From the NCBI GenBank assembly GCA_944392315.1, contig CALXWH010000003.1, positions 22,909 through 86,908 on the forward strand: a stretch of DNA of 64,000 nt. The letters run 5' to 3'. The DNA is from an uncultured Alphaproteobacteria bacterium. Lineage in GTDB: Bacteria; Pseudomonadota; Alphaproteobacteria; RF32; CAG-239. Both the position numbers and the translations under genes were made by a program. Under the pieces are notes generated by a model. It did not search any database, had not been told where the DNA came from, and worked only from the letters and a program-made list of their open reading frames with translations. Positions 9,119 to 18,961 of the stretch are shown in pieces; within the stretch, counting starts at the first letter, position 1; each line of letters begins with the position of its first letter.

Positions 9119-9817
9119 ATGAGTATCTATAAATACAAAGCTTTTCAGTCCGGCAGTAAGGTTAATAAACTTATTGTGTTCTTGCATGGATATAACAGCT
9201 GTATTGAAGATGTTGAACCGTTTGCCGAAACTCTGGCTCAAAATGTTCCGGGGGCTTTGGTTGTGGTACCGGAGGCCGATATGCAAAGCGAACGAAACCC
9301 CGCTAAAAAACAATGGTACGCCTTGGTTGATGTTGACCCGGATCGTAAGAGAAGAAAGCCCGAAACATCCACCGCTGAAATTGTGGAAATTTATAACAAA
9401 ACCGGTCTTCGTATCAGTCAGGTTGCTAAAAAATTAAATTCTTTTATTACCTCCTTGCAACGCGAACTTAAAGTGAAGAATAAAGATACTTTTTTGATGG
9501 GCTTTTCTCAAGGGGCCATGCTTTCTATGTATGTCGGATTGACACGCAAATATGAACTTGGAGGCGTTTTCCCCTTTGCAGGAATTATTTGCGGCAAAGA
9601 TATGCTTGAAAAAGAACTTTCTTCTCGGCCGGAAATTTATTTATTCCATGGCACCAGCGATCTGTCCGTTCAGTATAAGACTCTTGATTTTACTAAAGAC
9701 TGGCTGGAAAAGCACAATATTGATTGGGAAGCGATTGAATATGACGGGATTGAACATCGCTTGATTGATGAAGAAATGAAAGATGCGGCTTCCATCATCA
9801 ACCGTCGTTATCGCTAA
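9119..9817 (+). CDS. Alpha/beta hydrolase (phospholipase/carboxylesterase)
   Basis: FLHGY, GFSQG nucleophile elbow, HGTSD, EH. Confidence 0.9.
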   Translation: MSIYKYKAFQSGSKVNKLIVFLHGYNSCIEDVEPFAETLAQNVPGALVVVPEADMQSERNPAKKQWYALVDVDPDRKRRKPETSTAEIVEIYNKTGLRISQVAKKLNSFITSLQRELKVKNKDTFLMGFSQGAMLSMYVGLTRKYELGGVFPFAGIICGKDMLEKELSSRPEIYLFHGTSDLSVQYKTLDFTKDWLEKHNIDWEAIEYDGIEHRLIDEEMKDAASIINRRYR

Positions 9818-9823
9818 TTTTCT

Positions 9824-10792
9824 CTATTCGGCTCGGTTTTGATTGAGCCACTGTATCATTTGATGCAATTTTTGCGCTGTGGCTTCTGAACTTAGTTTTT
9901 CTGCGGTGATTTTTTGTGCCGCAATGATTTTTGTATTCACTATTTCCGGATGACTGAGATAATATGAAACTAACTTATCAACATCATCCATGCTCTCATA
10001 TATAATGACATTATCTCCATATAGCTCTTTAACAGCCTCATTCGGGGTACTGAACACCAAAGCTCCGGAGGCAGCGGCTTCCATTATTTCGGGCTCAATA
10101 TATTTTGTTTCAGGACTGTTTGGGGTATTATACAAAGCAGCAATATTGGCTTTTGATAAGAAAATTCCCCTTTCTCTGGCGCTGCCTTCTTTGGCTTGCA
10201 AAATATTTGCTCCATCTTCTCCGGCGCTTCCTAAAAACTTCACTCTTTTATCTTTACGCAATCTTTCTGCCAAGGGCGAAAGCGTGTTATCTCCATAATA
10301 AAGCACCGGATACTCTTTATACCCAGACTTAAAATTGTTCGTATTTAGCGAAAAGTCTGCCAAATTAACGCCCAATGTAAACTTGGCACTTTTGATATTG
10401 GAGCGGACATAGTGTTCATACAAATCTTGATATGGTGTTAGAACTATCACGTCTGATTGTATTTCATTCCAATTCAGCGGATAATAATTCTCACTATAGA
10501 TAAAATTATATTTTGCTTGCGAACGATTTATTTTTTCTGCATATCCCGATGACGATATCCACAAGCCGATACTGTCGTGTTTTTGAGTGTTTCTATCATT
10601 TATTTTAACTTCATACCCCAAACGCTTCAATTCATTGGCCAAACCTTGTTCGCGAGAATCTATTTGGTTTGTTTGCGTATAGATATAAATAATCTCTTTC
10701 GTTGCTGCCAAAAACGGCAGGACGCATAGCGTCACTGCCGCGGCAACGGCCAATAGCCCAAGACTTATTTTTTGTGCTACAGGCAACTTCAT
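9824..10792 (-). CDS. CgeB-like (GT-B) glycosyltransferase-domain protein, N-terminal membrane anchor
   Basis: EIMEAAASGALVFS...ELYGD C-terminal GT motif; paralog of the upstream gene. Confidence 0.6.
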   Translation of the reverse strand: MKLPVAQKISLGLLAVAAAVTLCVLPFLAATKEIIYIYTQTNQIDSREQGLANELKRLGYEVKINDRNTQKHDSIGLWISSSGYAEKINRSQAKYNFIYSENYYPLNWNEIQSDVIVLTPYQDLYEHYVRSNIKSAKFTLGVNLADFSLNTNNFKSGYKEYPVLYYGDNTLSPLAERLRKDKRVKFLGSAGEDGANILQAKEGSARERGIFLSKANIAALYNTPNSPETKYIEPEIMEAAASGALVFSTPNEAVKELYGDNVIIYESMDDVDKLVSYYLSHPEIVNTKIIAAQKITAEKLSSEATAQKLHQMIQWLNQNRAE

Positions 10793-10794
10793 GC

Positions 10795-11808
10795 TTAGAG
10801 TTTCTTTTCGTTAATCAAAAACTCTACCAAGCCATTGATTCGTTGAACAAATAAATCAACGTTATACTCTGAAACAGCTATCTTATAGGCTTTCTCTGCC
10901 TTTTCTGCACGTGCCTTTTCATCATTGATATATTTGTTATATAACGTTTTCAATTCTTCAGCATTGTTATACATCGGAATAGCATCACCGAAAATTTCTT
11001 TTATTCCTTTGTTATACGGCGCAATCATAAAGCCTTTGCTTGCGGCTATATCATATACGCGAGACGGAACAATGCCCAAGCCTGCTTCATGGTCACTGAC
11101 GTTTACCAAATTGATTTTAGCAGAAGAGAAATATGCGCCTAAATCGTTATCATGAATATATTCGCCTTTGATGAATTGATCATCAATGTTTCCAGTCCAG
11201 AAACGTCCGTAAATCTCTAACGGTAATTTGGCTTCTACGGCTGCTGCAATGGCCGTACTCGGACGGTCATTATCACCGACATAGAGCAAATCTCTCTCCA
11301 ATTCTTTTTTCGGAGCCGGATAGAAAACAGACGGATCCGTAAATTCCGGAACAAATGCTGCCGCATATCCTGCACCCAATAAGTAATTATAGAAATCAGG
11401 TGATGATGTTGCTACACCGTCAAAGGCTTTGGTTTCTTCTTCAAACAGAGAATCATAATCTCTGATGTATACAATATTCACCCCTTTTGCATTGGTCTTT
11501 ACTTCATTATACGGACCATAGCCACGGATGTATAAATTTACACCGGCGTCTTTGGCTGCGTCCGGATATAAATTATCTTCCGTTGAGGCGACAACATTAT
11601 ACCCGACACGCGCAAATGCTTTTTCCATTGCTCCGTTTATATCAGCTCGGTTCATCGTCCGATATTGGCGTAATTCCCCTATTCTTAAAGCTAACTTATT
11701 TAAGTCTGCCTTGGTTGCTCCACCTTTCATGGCAACTAAGCCAACTATTAAAGCCAGCAAAATTACCGTTAAGACAGAGAGTATTATCTTCATGGTCTTA
11801 TCACTCAT
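10795..11808 (-). CDS. CgeB-like (GT-B) glycosyltransferase, N-terminal membrane anchor
   Basis: TDPSVFYP, IYGRFW, SSAKINL, SRVYDIAASKGF. Confidence 0.75.
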   Translation of the reverse strand: MSDKTMKIILSVLTVILLALIVGLVAMKGGATKADLNKLALRIGELRQYRTMNRADINGAMEKAFARVGYNVVASTEDNLYPDAAKDAGVNLYIRGYGPYNEVKTNAKGVNIVYIRDYDSLFEEETKAFDGVATSSPDFYNYLLGAGYAAAFVPEFTDPSVFYPAPKKELERDLLYVGDNDRPSTAIAAAVEAKLPLEIYGRFWTGNIDDQFIKGEYIHDNDLGAYFSSAKINLVNVSDHEAGLGIVPSRVYDIAASKGFMIAPYNKGIKEIFGDAIPMYNNAEELKTLYNKYINDEKARAEKAEKAYKIAVSEYNVDLFVQRINGLVEFLINEKKL

Positions 11809-12016
11809 AAACTATCTCCCTCATATTATCTAAGCTCTTATCTTAATCTCAGCTTTTCTGTCACTTGCTTTATAACAGTGCTTGTGGTTATTTTAAACAT
11901 CTCTTTTTTCAGCTCAAGTTAAAACTTTTTCTTTACACAACTTTTAGTATTTGACTTTTTAATTTTTGCTCCCTACATATACGTTGTTCAAATTTATTAT
12001 GAAAGGGACTAATCTC

Positions 12017-12556
12017 ATGAAATATATATGTACAGTTTGCGGGCAAGTTATTGAAAGCGACACAATGCCTGAAGTTTGCCCAGTATGCGGCGCTAAAACT
12101 TTTAAGGTTTTGGATGAAGAAAATAAAACTTATGCCGATGAACATAGAATCGGTGTTGCCAAAGGTTTGGATGAACGTGTTGTCGCAGGCCTTCGTGAAC
12201 ACTTTAACGGTGAATGCTGCGAAGTTGGTATGTATATCGCTATGAGCCGTCAGGCTGACCGTGAAGGCTATCCGGAAATTGCAGAAGCTTTCAAACGCTA
12301 CGCTTTGGATGAAGCTGATCACGCTGCTCGTATTGCCGAAATGCTCGGTGAAGTTGTTACAGATTCAACTGAGAAAAACGTTCAAATGCGTGCTGATGCC
12401 GAATTTGGTGCTTGTGACGGTAAAAAGAAAATTGCTACTTTGGCTAAAGAACTTGGCTATGATGCTATTCACGACAGCATCCACGAAATGGCTAAAGACG
12501 AAGCTCGTCACGGTAGAGGCTTTGACGGTTTGTTGAAACGTTATTTCAATAAATAA
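12017..12556 (+). CDS. Reverse rubrerythrin (N-terminal rubredoxin domain, NADH peroxidase)
   Basis: CTVCG...CPVCG followed by ferritin-like E..EADH..E..EARH; ATG 12017 after AAGGGA. Confidence 0.9.
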   Translation: MKYICTVCGQVIESDTMPEVCPVCGAKTFKVLDEENKTYADEHRIGVAKGLDERVVAGLREHFNGECCEVGMYIAMSRQADREGYPEIAEAFKRYALDEADHAARIAEMLGEVVTDSTEKNVQMRADAEFGACDGKKKIATLAKELGYDAIHDSIHEMAKDEARHGRGFDGLLKRYFNK

Positions 12557-12573
12557 TTCTTGCGCTTAAGATT

Positions 12574-12604
12574 AAAGCACCAAACCTCTCGGCTTGGTGC
12601 TTTT
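12574..12604. terminator. Intrinsic terminator
   Basis: AAAGCACCAA...TTGGTGCTTTT. Confidence 0.7.
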
Positions 12605-12613
12605 ATTTTTCTC

Positions 12614-12988
12614 TTACTTTTCCTTCGGGGCTGTTTGGCTTTGCGGACGAAAGGCTTTGGCATAGCGGTTAAAATCTTTAACTTGCTGATTACCCCAACC
12701 CATTATGTATTGATTTCCCATGACAATAAACGGTGTTCCTAAATTTTGTTGGGATACCTTAAATTTACGTGCATAACCCAACATATATCCCATATTATTG
12801 CCTTCGCGAATGTTCAACTCTTTGATGTCATAATTTTTGTAATATCTTTGCATATATTCACGCGCATGCTCGCAGTGGATACATCCCGGTTGCGAAAAAA
12901 CATAAATACGATTTGTGGTATTTTCACTTTTGCAGCCGTTTATGATAAATGCCGATACAATCAATAGGCAAGCTAGAATTTTTTTCAT
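12614..12988 (-). CDS. Glutaredoxin-like lipoprotein
   Basis: Lipobox IINGC, CIHC active site, GTP cis-Pro motif. Confidence 0.75.
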   Translation of the reverse strand: MKKILACLLIVSAFIINGCKSENTTNRIYVFSQPGCIHCEHAREYMQRYYKNYDIKELNIREGNNMGYMLGYARKFKVSQQNLGTPFIVMGNQYIMGWGNQQVKDFNRYAKAFRPQSQTAPKEK

Positions 12989-13155
12989 TTATACCTTATC
13001 CTTTCTTTTTTAATCTGTTGATGAATTTATCTAAAAACTCTTAAAAATTATTAAACGTATTGCCGCTTTGTGCACTAATATTCTTGACATAACTTTTTTT
13101 TAGGTGTTAAATTTGCTCGCTTTTTAAAACAATTTTAATAAAAGGATATTTGGTT

Positions 13156-14679
13156 ATGGCTCTGAAAAATATTAGAGAGAACAGCTATCCGGATTGGTAT
13201 CAAAATGTGATAGCTGCTGCTGATATGGCCGAAGTTTCCTCTTCTCCGGGGTGTATGGTTATTAAACCTTGGGGGTACGGAATTTGGGAACGTATTCAGC
13301 GCTTATTAGATGAAAAGATTAAGGAAACTAATCACGAAAATTGTTATTTCCCGCTTTTCATCCCGTTAAGCTATTTCCAAAAAGAAGCCGAACACGTTGA
13401 AGGTTTTGCTAAAGAAATGGCTATTGTTACTCATTCTCGCTTGAGCTTGGAAGATGGTAAACTCGTTCCGGCCAGCCCACTTGAAGAACCTCTTATCGTT
13501 CGACCTACTTCAGAGACCATTATTGCCGATTCATTCTCTAAATGGGTACACTCTTATCGTGATTTGCCGGTTTTGATTAACCAATGGGCTAACGTCGTTC
13601 GTTGGGAAATGAGACCGCGTTTATTCTTGCGTACTCGTGAATTCTTGTGGCAAGAAGGACATACCGCTCACGCCACTTTCCAAGAGGCTGAGCAAGAAGC
13701 CGAAACAATGCTTAAAGTGTATGAAGATTTGTGTGTTAATGATATGGCGATGCCGGTCATTCAAGGCAAAAAGCCGGAATATGATAAATTCCCGGGCGCC
13801 GTTACAACTTATTGCATTGAAGCTATGATGCAAGATGGACGCTCTTTACAAGCCGGTACTTCTCACTTCTTGGGGCAGAACTTTGCTAAATCTGCAAACA
13901 TCACGTTCATTAACTCTAATAATGAATCTGAATTTGCTTACACAACCTCTTGGGGTGTTTCTACACGTCTTATCGGTGGTTTAATCATGACACACGCTGA
14001 CGATGAAGGTATGTGCGTTCCGCCGAAACTGGCTCCTTATCAGGTGGTTATTATCCCTATTCTTAAAGATAAGAGTAAAACGGATGAAATTAACGCTTAT
14101 GCCGAAAAAATCAAAAACGCTATTAAAGAGAAATTCTTTGGCGGCGAGAAGGTTCGCGTTAAACTTGATAATCGTCCGAAAGAGGCTGTTGACAAGATGT
14201 GGGAATGGACACGTAAAGGTGCGCCGCTTATTGTTGAAGTCGGGGCTAAAGATTTGGAGAAGAACGCCGTTATGTTCCGTAACCGTATCAATATCAGCGG
14301 TAGTGATTGGAAGAATTTTGAAGATGTGGAGGCCTTTATTGCTTCTGTTTCCGATAAATTGCAGAACATTCAAGACACGATGTTGAAACGGGCTCAAGAA
14401 CGCTTGCAACATAACGTTGTGACCGACATCAAAACAGCAAAAGATTTTAAAGAATATTTTGCTCATCAAAATGTTTATTTGGAAGACAACGGTAAAGCGC
14501 CAAAAGTTGCCTTTGTTCGCGGTAAGTGGTCCGGCGATGAGGCTACTCTTGATACATTGAAAGAAATGCGTTTGACTATTCGTTGCATTCCGTTTGATCA
14601 AAGCGGAACCGAAGGCGAATGTCTGCTTTCCGGAAAACCGGGCGCAACGCTTGATGTTATCTACGCGCGTTCTTACTAA
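13156..14679 (+). CDS. proS: Proline--tRNA ligase, archaeal/eukaryote-like type
   Basis: RPTSET, QWANVVRWE, FLRTREFLWQEGH, QAGTSH, SWGVSTR, C-terminal ARSY; no INS editing domain. Confidence 0.95.
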   Translation: MALKNIRENSYPDWYQNVIAAADMAEVSSSPGCMVIKPWGYGIWERIQRLLDEKIKETNHENCYFPLFIPLSYFQKEAEHVEGFAKEMAIVTHSRLSLEDGKLVPASPLEEPLIVRPTSETIIADSFSKWVHSYRDLPVLINQWANVVRWEMRPRLFLRTREFLWQEGHTAHATFQEAEQEAETMLKVYEDLCVNDMAMPVIQGKKPEYDKFPGAVTTYCIEAMMQDGRSLQAGTSHFLGQNFAKSANITFINSNNESEFAYTTSWGVSTRLIGGLIMTHADDEGMCVPPKLAPYQVVIIPILKDKSKTDEINAYAEKIKNAIKEKFFGGEKVRVKLDNRPKEAVDKMWEWTRKGAPLIVEVGAKDLEKNAVMFRNRINISGSDWKNFEDVEAFIASVSDKLQNIQDTMLKRAQERLQHNVVTDIKTAKDFKEYFAHQNVYLEDNGKAPKVAFVRGKWSGDEATLDTLKEMRLTIRCIPFDQSGTEGECLLSGKPGATLDVIYARSY

Positions 14680-14704
14680 TTCGCTCATTTAGAAACGCTT
14701 TATC

Positions 14705-14741
14705 TCACCTCTTGAGGCTTTGGTCTTGAGAGGTGTTTTTT
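14705..14741 (+). terminator. proS terminator
   Basis: CACCTCTTGAGGC-TTTG-GTCTTGAGAGGTG followed by T tract. Confidence 0.75.
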
Positions 14742-14796
14742 TGCTTTATATACAAAAAATGCGTTAGCTCTTTTTACAAGAGGTAACGCTTTAAAA

Positions 14797-15057
14797 TCAT
14801 CTCGGGGCCAATGTACCTTCCAGTTCTTTTATCAGATTTTTGCCGTTTAATAACCGTGCAAAGTACCTGATTTCAATCAAAGACAGTCTATCTGACCATT
14901 TGAAAAAATGTCTTGGCTCTTTTATCACATACCTACTTCGGATTTTTTTACGAAGTTCATGTCTTTCTTTTTTGATAAAATGAGTTAACCACTGGGTGCT
15001 GCAAATTACGATTGCGACACCGCACATGACTACGATAATCGTTATTACTTTTTCCAT
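14797..15057 (-). CDS. Small hypothetical membrane-anchored protein (solo gene)
   Basis: N-terminal hydrophobic helix, basic tail; own TTGACA-17-TAATAT promoter and a terminator at ~14757-14793. Confidence 0.55.
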   Translation of the reverse strand: MEKVITIIVVMCGVAIVICSTQWLTHFIKKERHELRKKIRSRYVIKEPRHFFKWSDRLSLIEIRYFARLLNGKNLIKELEGTLAPR

Positions 15058-15297
15058 AGCACAATAATTTTAAAATTATAAAAACACGTCGGCGATATTA
15101 TGGTGTTTCTTTTTTTATGTCAATATTTTTTCTTCTGTCTTATTCGCTTTTTCATCTGTCTCTATTCTTATTTTTTATTTCAAGTATTTATTTTTGGTTA
15201 CACCGCTTATAGACAAAAAGTTCTTGCAAAAATATTTTTTTGTGTTATATACCTATGGTGATATTTTAAGTCTATGTTTATTTTTAAAACTATTTCT

Positions 15298-15714
15298 ATG
15301 AACAAGAAAAAATTTAGAGGACAGAACGGCCAAGCTGTTTCCCCTCGCAAAAGACAGCAAAAAACTGCTACAGTGATTAACCGCCCCTCATCACCTTACA
15401 TTGTTTTGCAATGCCTGGCGGATATCTATAATTTAGATAGAAATCTGCTTTCGTTTGCCATTGCAGAAACTTCTGATGATGACGGCTCCTTTGTTCCTGA
15501 ACCGGTGGTGCTTATCGCTCACTCTGATAAGTACATTGATTTGAAACACGGTATTATCCAGCAAAACGCTCATGCGCGTAACGCCAAGCAAAACTTTTTT
15601 GCGGCAGTCGTCAAATTTGAAGACGGCGATTTTGTTTTTTCCGCACCTCGCGTTGAAGCCAAAATCAACAAAAACGTTTTGATTAAACACTACGGCACGG
15701 CTATTGTCGGATGA
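15298..15714 (+). CDS. Hypothetical protein, basic N-terminus (solo gene)
   Basis: ORF with TTGCAA...TATAT promoter upstream and a terminator at 15741-15773. Confidence 0.6.
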   Translation: MNKKKFRGQNGQAVSPRKRQQKTATVINRPSSPYIVLQCLADIYNLDRNLLSFAIAETSDDDGSFVPEPVVLIAHSDKYIDLKHGIIQQNAHARNAKQNFFAAVVKFEDGDFVFSAPRVEAKINKNVLIKHYGTAIVG

Positions 15715-15740
15715 TAATCAGTTCTTCGTTCTTGAAAACA

Positions 15741-15773
15741 AAAACACCGCTTCCTTATGGATAGCGGTGTTTT
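15741..15773. terminator. Bidirectional terminator
   Basis: AAAACACCGCT...AGCGGTGTTTT. Confidence 0.75.
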
Positions 15774-15793
15774 CTTTTGTGGACTTTTGAGGG

Positions 15794-16360
15794 TTAAAAG
15801 CCCTGTATCGGATACGGACTGAATTTTACATACGTTGCATGGTCATGCAAGCCCGTATAGTGATACATGGCTTCTTTTTGTATCCCTTCCAAAGTATAGC
15901 CTGCGCGCAATGCGACGTGTGCCGAATTGATGTTATTCACATCACAACATATGGTTACGCGGTGCATTCCTTCTTCAAAAAGCTCTTTTTCCACCGCTAA
16001 TACGGCCTCGGTCATATAACCTTTTTTAGTTTCTGACTTGCGCAGCCAATAGCCCAGTTCTGCGGATTGATTCATGAATTGAATGTTGTGGACACCTATG
16101 CTACCGAGTAATTTATTTTCATCTCGGCTGTAAATGTCGTAGCACCACTCATCATCATCATCCCATTTTTTGAAGAACATATCCGTTGATTTTATCACGT
16201 CTTTTAATGATTGAGTTTTATCTACCCAAAACAGATATTCTCGGATAAAATCCCGGCTTTCTTCAATCGCTTCCCACATTTCGGCGTCATGTTCGTGTTG
16301 GCGCTTCAATATCAACAATCGCTTACTGACGATTGTTTCTTTTAACTTAAACTTTTCCAT
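15794..16360 (-). CDS. RimJ/RimL-type GNAT N-acetyltransferase
   Basis: AELGYWL, KGYMTEAV, NINSAHVALRAGYTLEG. Confidence 0.85.
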   Translation of the reverse strand: MEKFKLKETIVSKRLLILKRQHEHDAEMWEAIEESRDFIREYLFWVDKTQSLKDVIKSTDMFFKKWDDDDEWCYDIYSRDENKLLGSIGVHNIQFMNQSAELGYWLRKSETKKGYMTEAVLAVEKELFEEGMHRVTICCDVNNINSAHVALRAGYTLEGIQKEAMYHYTGLHDHATYVKFSPYPIQGF

Positions 16361-16463
16361 CTGAACTCCTGTTTTAAATTAATAATATTTTATATGTTTA
16401 TTTTTTTTTGACAAGAAAAAATCCTCACTCCGTGTAACACGAAATGAGGATTATTTTTTTATT

Positions 16464-17249
16464 TTAAGCTTCTTCTGCAGCATGCGTCTCTTCTACCAGC
16501 GCACGCCGACGAGCGTAAAATTCTTGCTGAGCCTTTGAGCGCAATCCATACTTTTCAAAGTACTTTTCGGCTAACTCAAAATGATTTTTCACCAACATTT
16601 GTTGCGATAAATCGGATATCAGTTCATTTGCTTTTATCCTTAGTGCAACCATACTTGCCGGTGCTTTTTCCAGCAGTGTTTCTTCTTGTTCTTTAGATAA
16701 TTTCACTTTTTGGATGAGGTAACGAACAGCAAAACTATCCGTTGATTGTTCCAAGAGGAAATTTAACAAGTCATCCGTCATAATGTCTCTGGCGTTATTG
16801 TCTATATACGCCTTGAACAATTCTATGCCTACGGTCTTGTTTGATTTGACCATCCCTTGTATGTAGCCATATTCGGGGATACGCTTAAACCGCCGAGCAC
16901 TTTCGTAGTAGCCGTTCGGCGACAGATAACTTTCAAGAAATAAAACATCGTTTTTAGATACCATCAGGTTCTGCTGTTCCTCATTTAAGATGTTATTTCT
17001 CAATATGCTCTGAACCAATTTCATCGTATTCAACTCTTGTTCGTCACCAAAATATTCCAATATGTTGGTTATTTGGTATGACGACAGTTGATTATACTTG
17101 ATATACTCCATCAGGAGTGGGATCTTTTTTTCACGGATTAAATAATCCACGATTTCATCGTTCAACCTATGCTTTCGCACGTACCGTACGAACAGCCCAA
17201 ACCCCATGAATCTGACAAGGAGTTTTTGGAAAAATTTATTCAGTTCCAT
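16464..17249 (-). CDS. Hypothetical helical-repeat protein (solo gene)
   Basis: Repeated LSxxxQxxL units; TTGACA-16-TATTAT promoter; terminator ~16415-16460. Confidence 0.65.
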   Translation of the reverse strand: MELNKFFQKLLVRFMGFGLFVRYVRKHRLNDEIVDYLIREKKIPLLMEYIKYNQLSSYQITNILEYFGDEQELNTMKLVQSILRNNILNEEQQNLMVSKNDVLFLESYLSPNGYYESARRFKRIPEYGYIQGMVKSNKTVGIELFKAYIDNNARDIMTDDLLNFLLEQSTDSFAVRYLIQKVKLSKEQEETLLEKAPASMVALRIKANELISDLSQQMLVKNHFELAEKYFEKYGLRSKAQQEFYARRRALVEETHAAEEA

Positions 17250-17412
17250 AATATTATAAGAATAAAAGTTAGACATAATTTTATAAAATTCTGTCATATA
17301 ATAGCTTTTTTTATATATTTGTCAAGCATTTTCGTTCGGCGCTTTCTTATATCAACTTTTTAGATAGCAAAATCCCGTCTAAACCTTATGGTCTAAACGG
17401 GATTCTTTTACT

Positions 17413-18828
17413 TTAGAAAAAGACGATTTTACCTTCTTTTAGCAGTTCCATACGCTTTTGCAGCACTCTCTTTTGAGAATCTGAAAGCACTGACATCTCC
17501 TGTTTGAGCAGTTTGGCGCCAATGGCTTGTGTTTCCGGCGTGGCGTAATTATCCAAATACTCTTTGAGCGTTAACAAAGCATTTGGCGTGCAGAATTTAT
17601 GAATTTGCTGCTTTTTGCAAATGGCCATAAAATCTTCACCGACACGACCGTTGCCATAGCACGATGTGCAGAAACTCGGCACATGATGTTGCTCCATTAA
17701 CCAACGTACAACTTCATCCAAACTTCGGTTATCCGAAATTTCAAACTGCGAGCTATCCGGCTCTTCTTCATGAGAGGCATATCCGCCAACACTTGTTTTT
17801 GAGCCTCCGCTGATTTGCGATATTCCCAACCTCAGCGCTTTCTCCCTTATCCGCTTGCCTTCTCGGGTGGAAATTATTAACCCCGTATATGGCACAGAAA
17901 TGCGAAGTAAGGCGATGATCTTTAAGAATATTTCATCCGGAAGAGCATTTTCAAAATCTGTCGTTTTGATGTCATCTGCCGGACATAATCGCGGAACGCT
18001 TATCGTATGCGGCCCTGCCCCATACTTGGCTTCCAAATGTTCGGCGTGCATCAGTAAACTGACAAATTCTGAAGCATAATTATGCAACCCGAACAAAACG
18101 CCCAATCCGACATCTTCTATGCCTGCTTGCATGGCTCTATCCATGGCTTCCGTATGCCACTCGTAATTTGCTTTCGGGCCGCGCGGATGAAGCCGCTCAT
18201 AATCCTCTTTGTTATATGTTTCTTGAAACAAAATGTAGGTTCCGATTTTGGCTTCGTGCAGACGGCGATAGTTTTCTACCGTGGTTGCCGCTATGTTCAC
18301 ATTCACTCGCCTGATGGCGCCTGATTTGTGTTTGATGCCATAAATCGTATCTATACTCTCAAGAATATACTCCAGAGGATTCATAACCGGATGTTCTCCG
18401 GCCTCTAACGCTAAGCGCTTATGCCCCATATCCTGCAAAGCTATCACTTCCGCTTTTATCTCTTCTTGAGTCATTTTTTTGCGGAAAATGTGTTGGTTTT
18501 GAGAATGATATGGGCAATACGTACAACCGTTCACGCAATAATTGCTCACATAAAGCGGCGCAAACAGAACAATGCGATTGCCATAATAGGCTTCTTTTAT
18601 CTGCTCGGCTAGTTGGAAAATTTGATGATTGATATCTTCATTTTCACATAGGAGCAATACAGCAGCTTCAACATGGGTTAGCCCATGCTTGGCGCGGGCT
18701 TTATCCAAAATGTAGTTGAGCATAAACGGATCTTTACAATACTTTTTGGCGTAACTCAGCGCGAAGCTGACTTCCTGCGGATTGATAAAACTTTGCGCTT
18801 TATCTGACATTAAATCATACTTTTCCAT
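17413..18828 (-). CDS. hydG: [FeFe]-hydrogenase H-cluster radical SAM maturase HydG
   Basis: CVNGCTYC radical SAM motif, LFQETY, GPHTISVPR, C-terminal CxxC-x22-C (CTSC...FC). Confidence 0.9.
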   Translation of the reverse strand: MEKYDLMSDKAQSFINPQEVSFALSYAKKYCKDPFMLNYILDKARAKHGLTHVEAAVLLLCENEDINHQIFQLAEQIKEAYYGNRIVLFAPLYVSNYCVNGCTYCPYHSQNQHIFRKKMTQEEIKAEVIALQDMGHKRLALEAGEHPVMNPLEYILESIDTIYGIKHKSGAIRRVNVNIAATTVENYRRLHEAKIGTYILFQETYNKEDYERLHPRGPKANYEWHTEAMDRAMQAGIEDVGLGVLFGLHNYASEFVSLLMHAEHLEAKYGAGPHTISVPRLCPADDIKTTDFENALPDEIFLKIIALLRISVPYTGLIISTREGKRIREKALRLGISQISGGSKTSVGGYASHEEEPDSSQFEISDNRSLDEVVRWLMEQHHVPSFCTSCYGNGRVGEDFMAICKKQQIHKFCTPNALLTLKEYLDNYATPETQAIGAKLLKQEMSVLSDSQKRVLQKRMELLKEGKIVFF

Positions 18829-18905
18829 ACATATCTATATTTAAATGATTAATTTTAGAATTTTGATGTATGACTTTTTTTGATTTTTGTCAATACGGCA
18901 TCTAT

Positions 18906-18939
18906 AAAAAAAGCGCAGAATCCACTCTACGCTTTTTTT
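18906..18939 (-). terminator. Terminator after elbB
   Basis: AAAAAAAGCG...CGCTTTTTTT. Confidence 0.65.
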
Positions 18940-18961
18940 CTTTTTCTGATACTAAGAGGCT

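Noticed and set aside
13124-13138. TTAA-N7-TTAA upstream of proS
   Set aside because: Lacks the final C, lies downstream of a normal TTGACA promoter in very AT-rich DNA; probably chance
17413-18828. ThiH (thiamine biosynthesis) assignment
   Set aside because: Length and the C-terminal CxxC-x22-C cluster motif indicate HydG; no thi genes nearby
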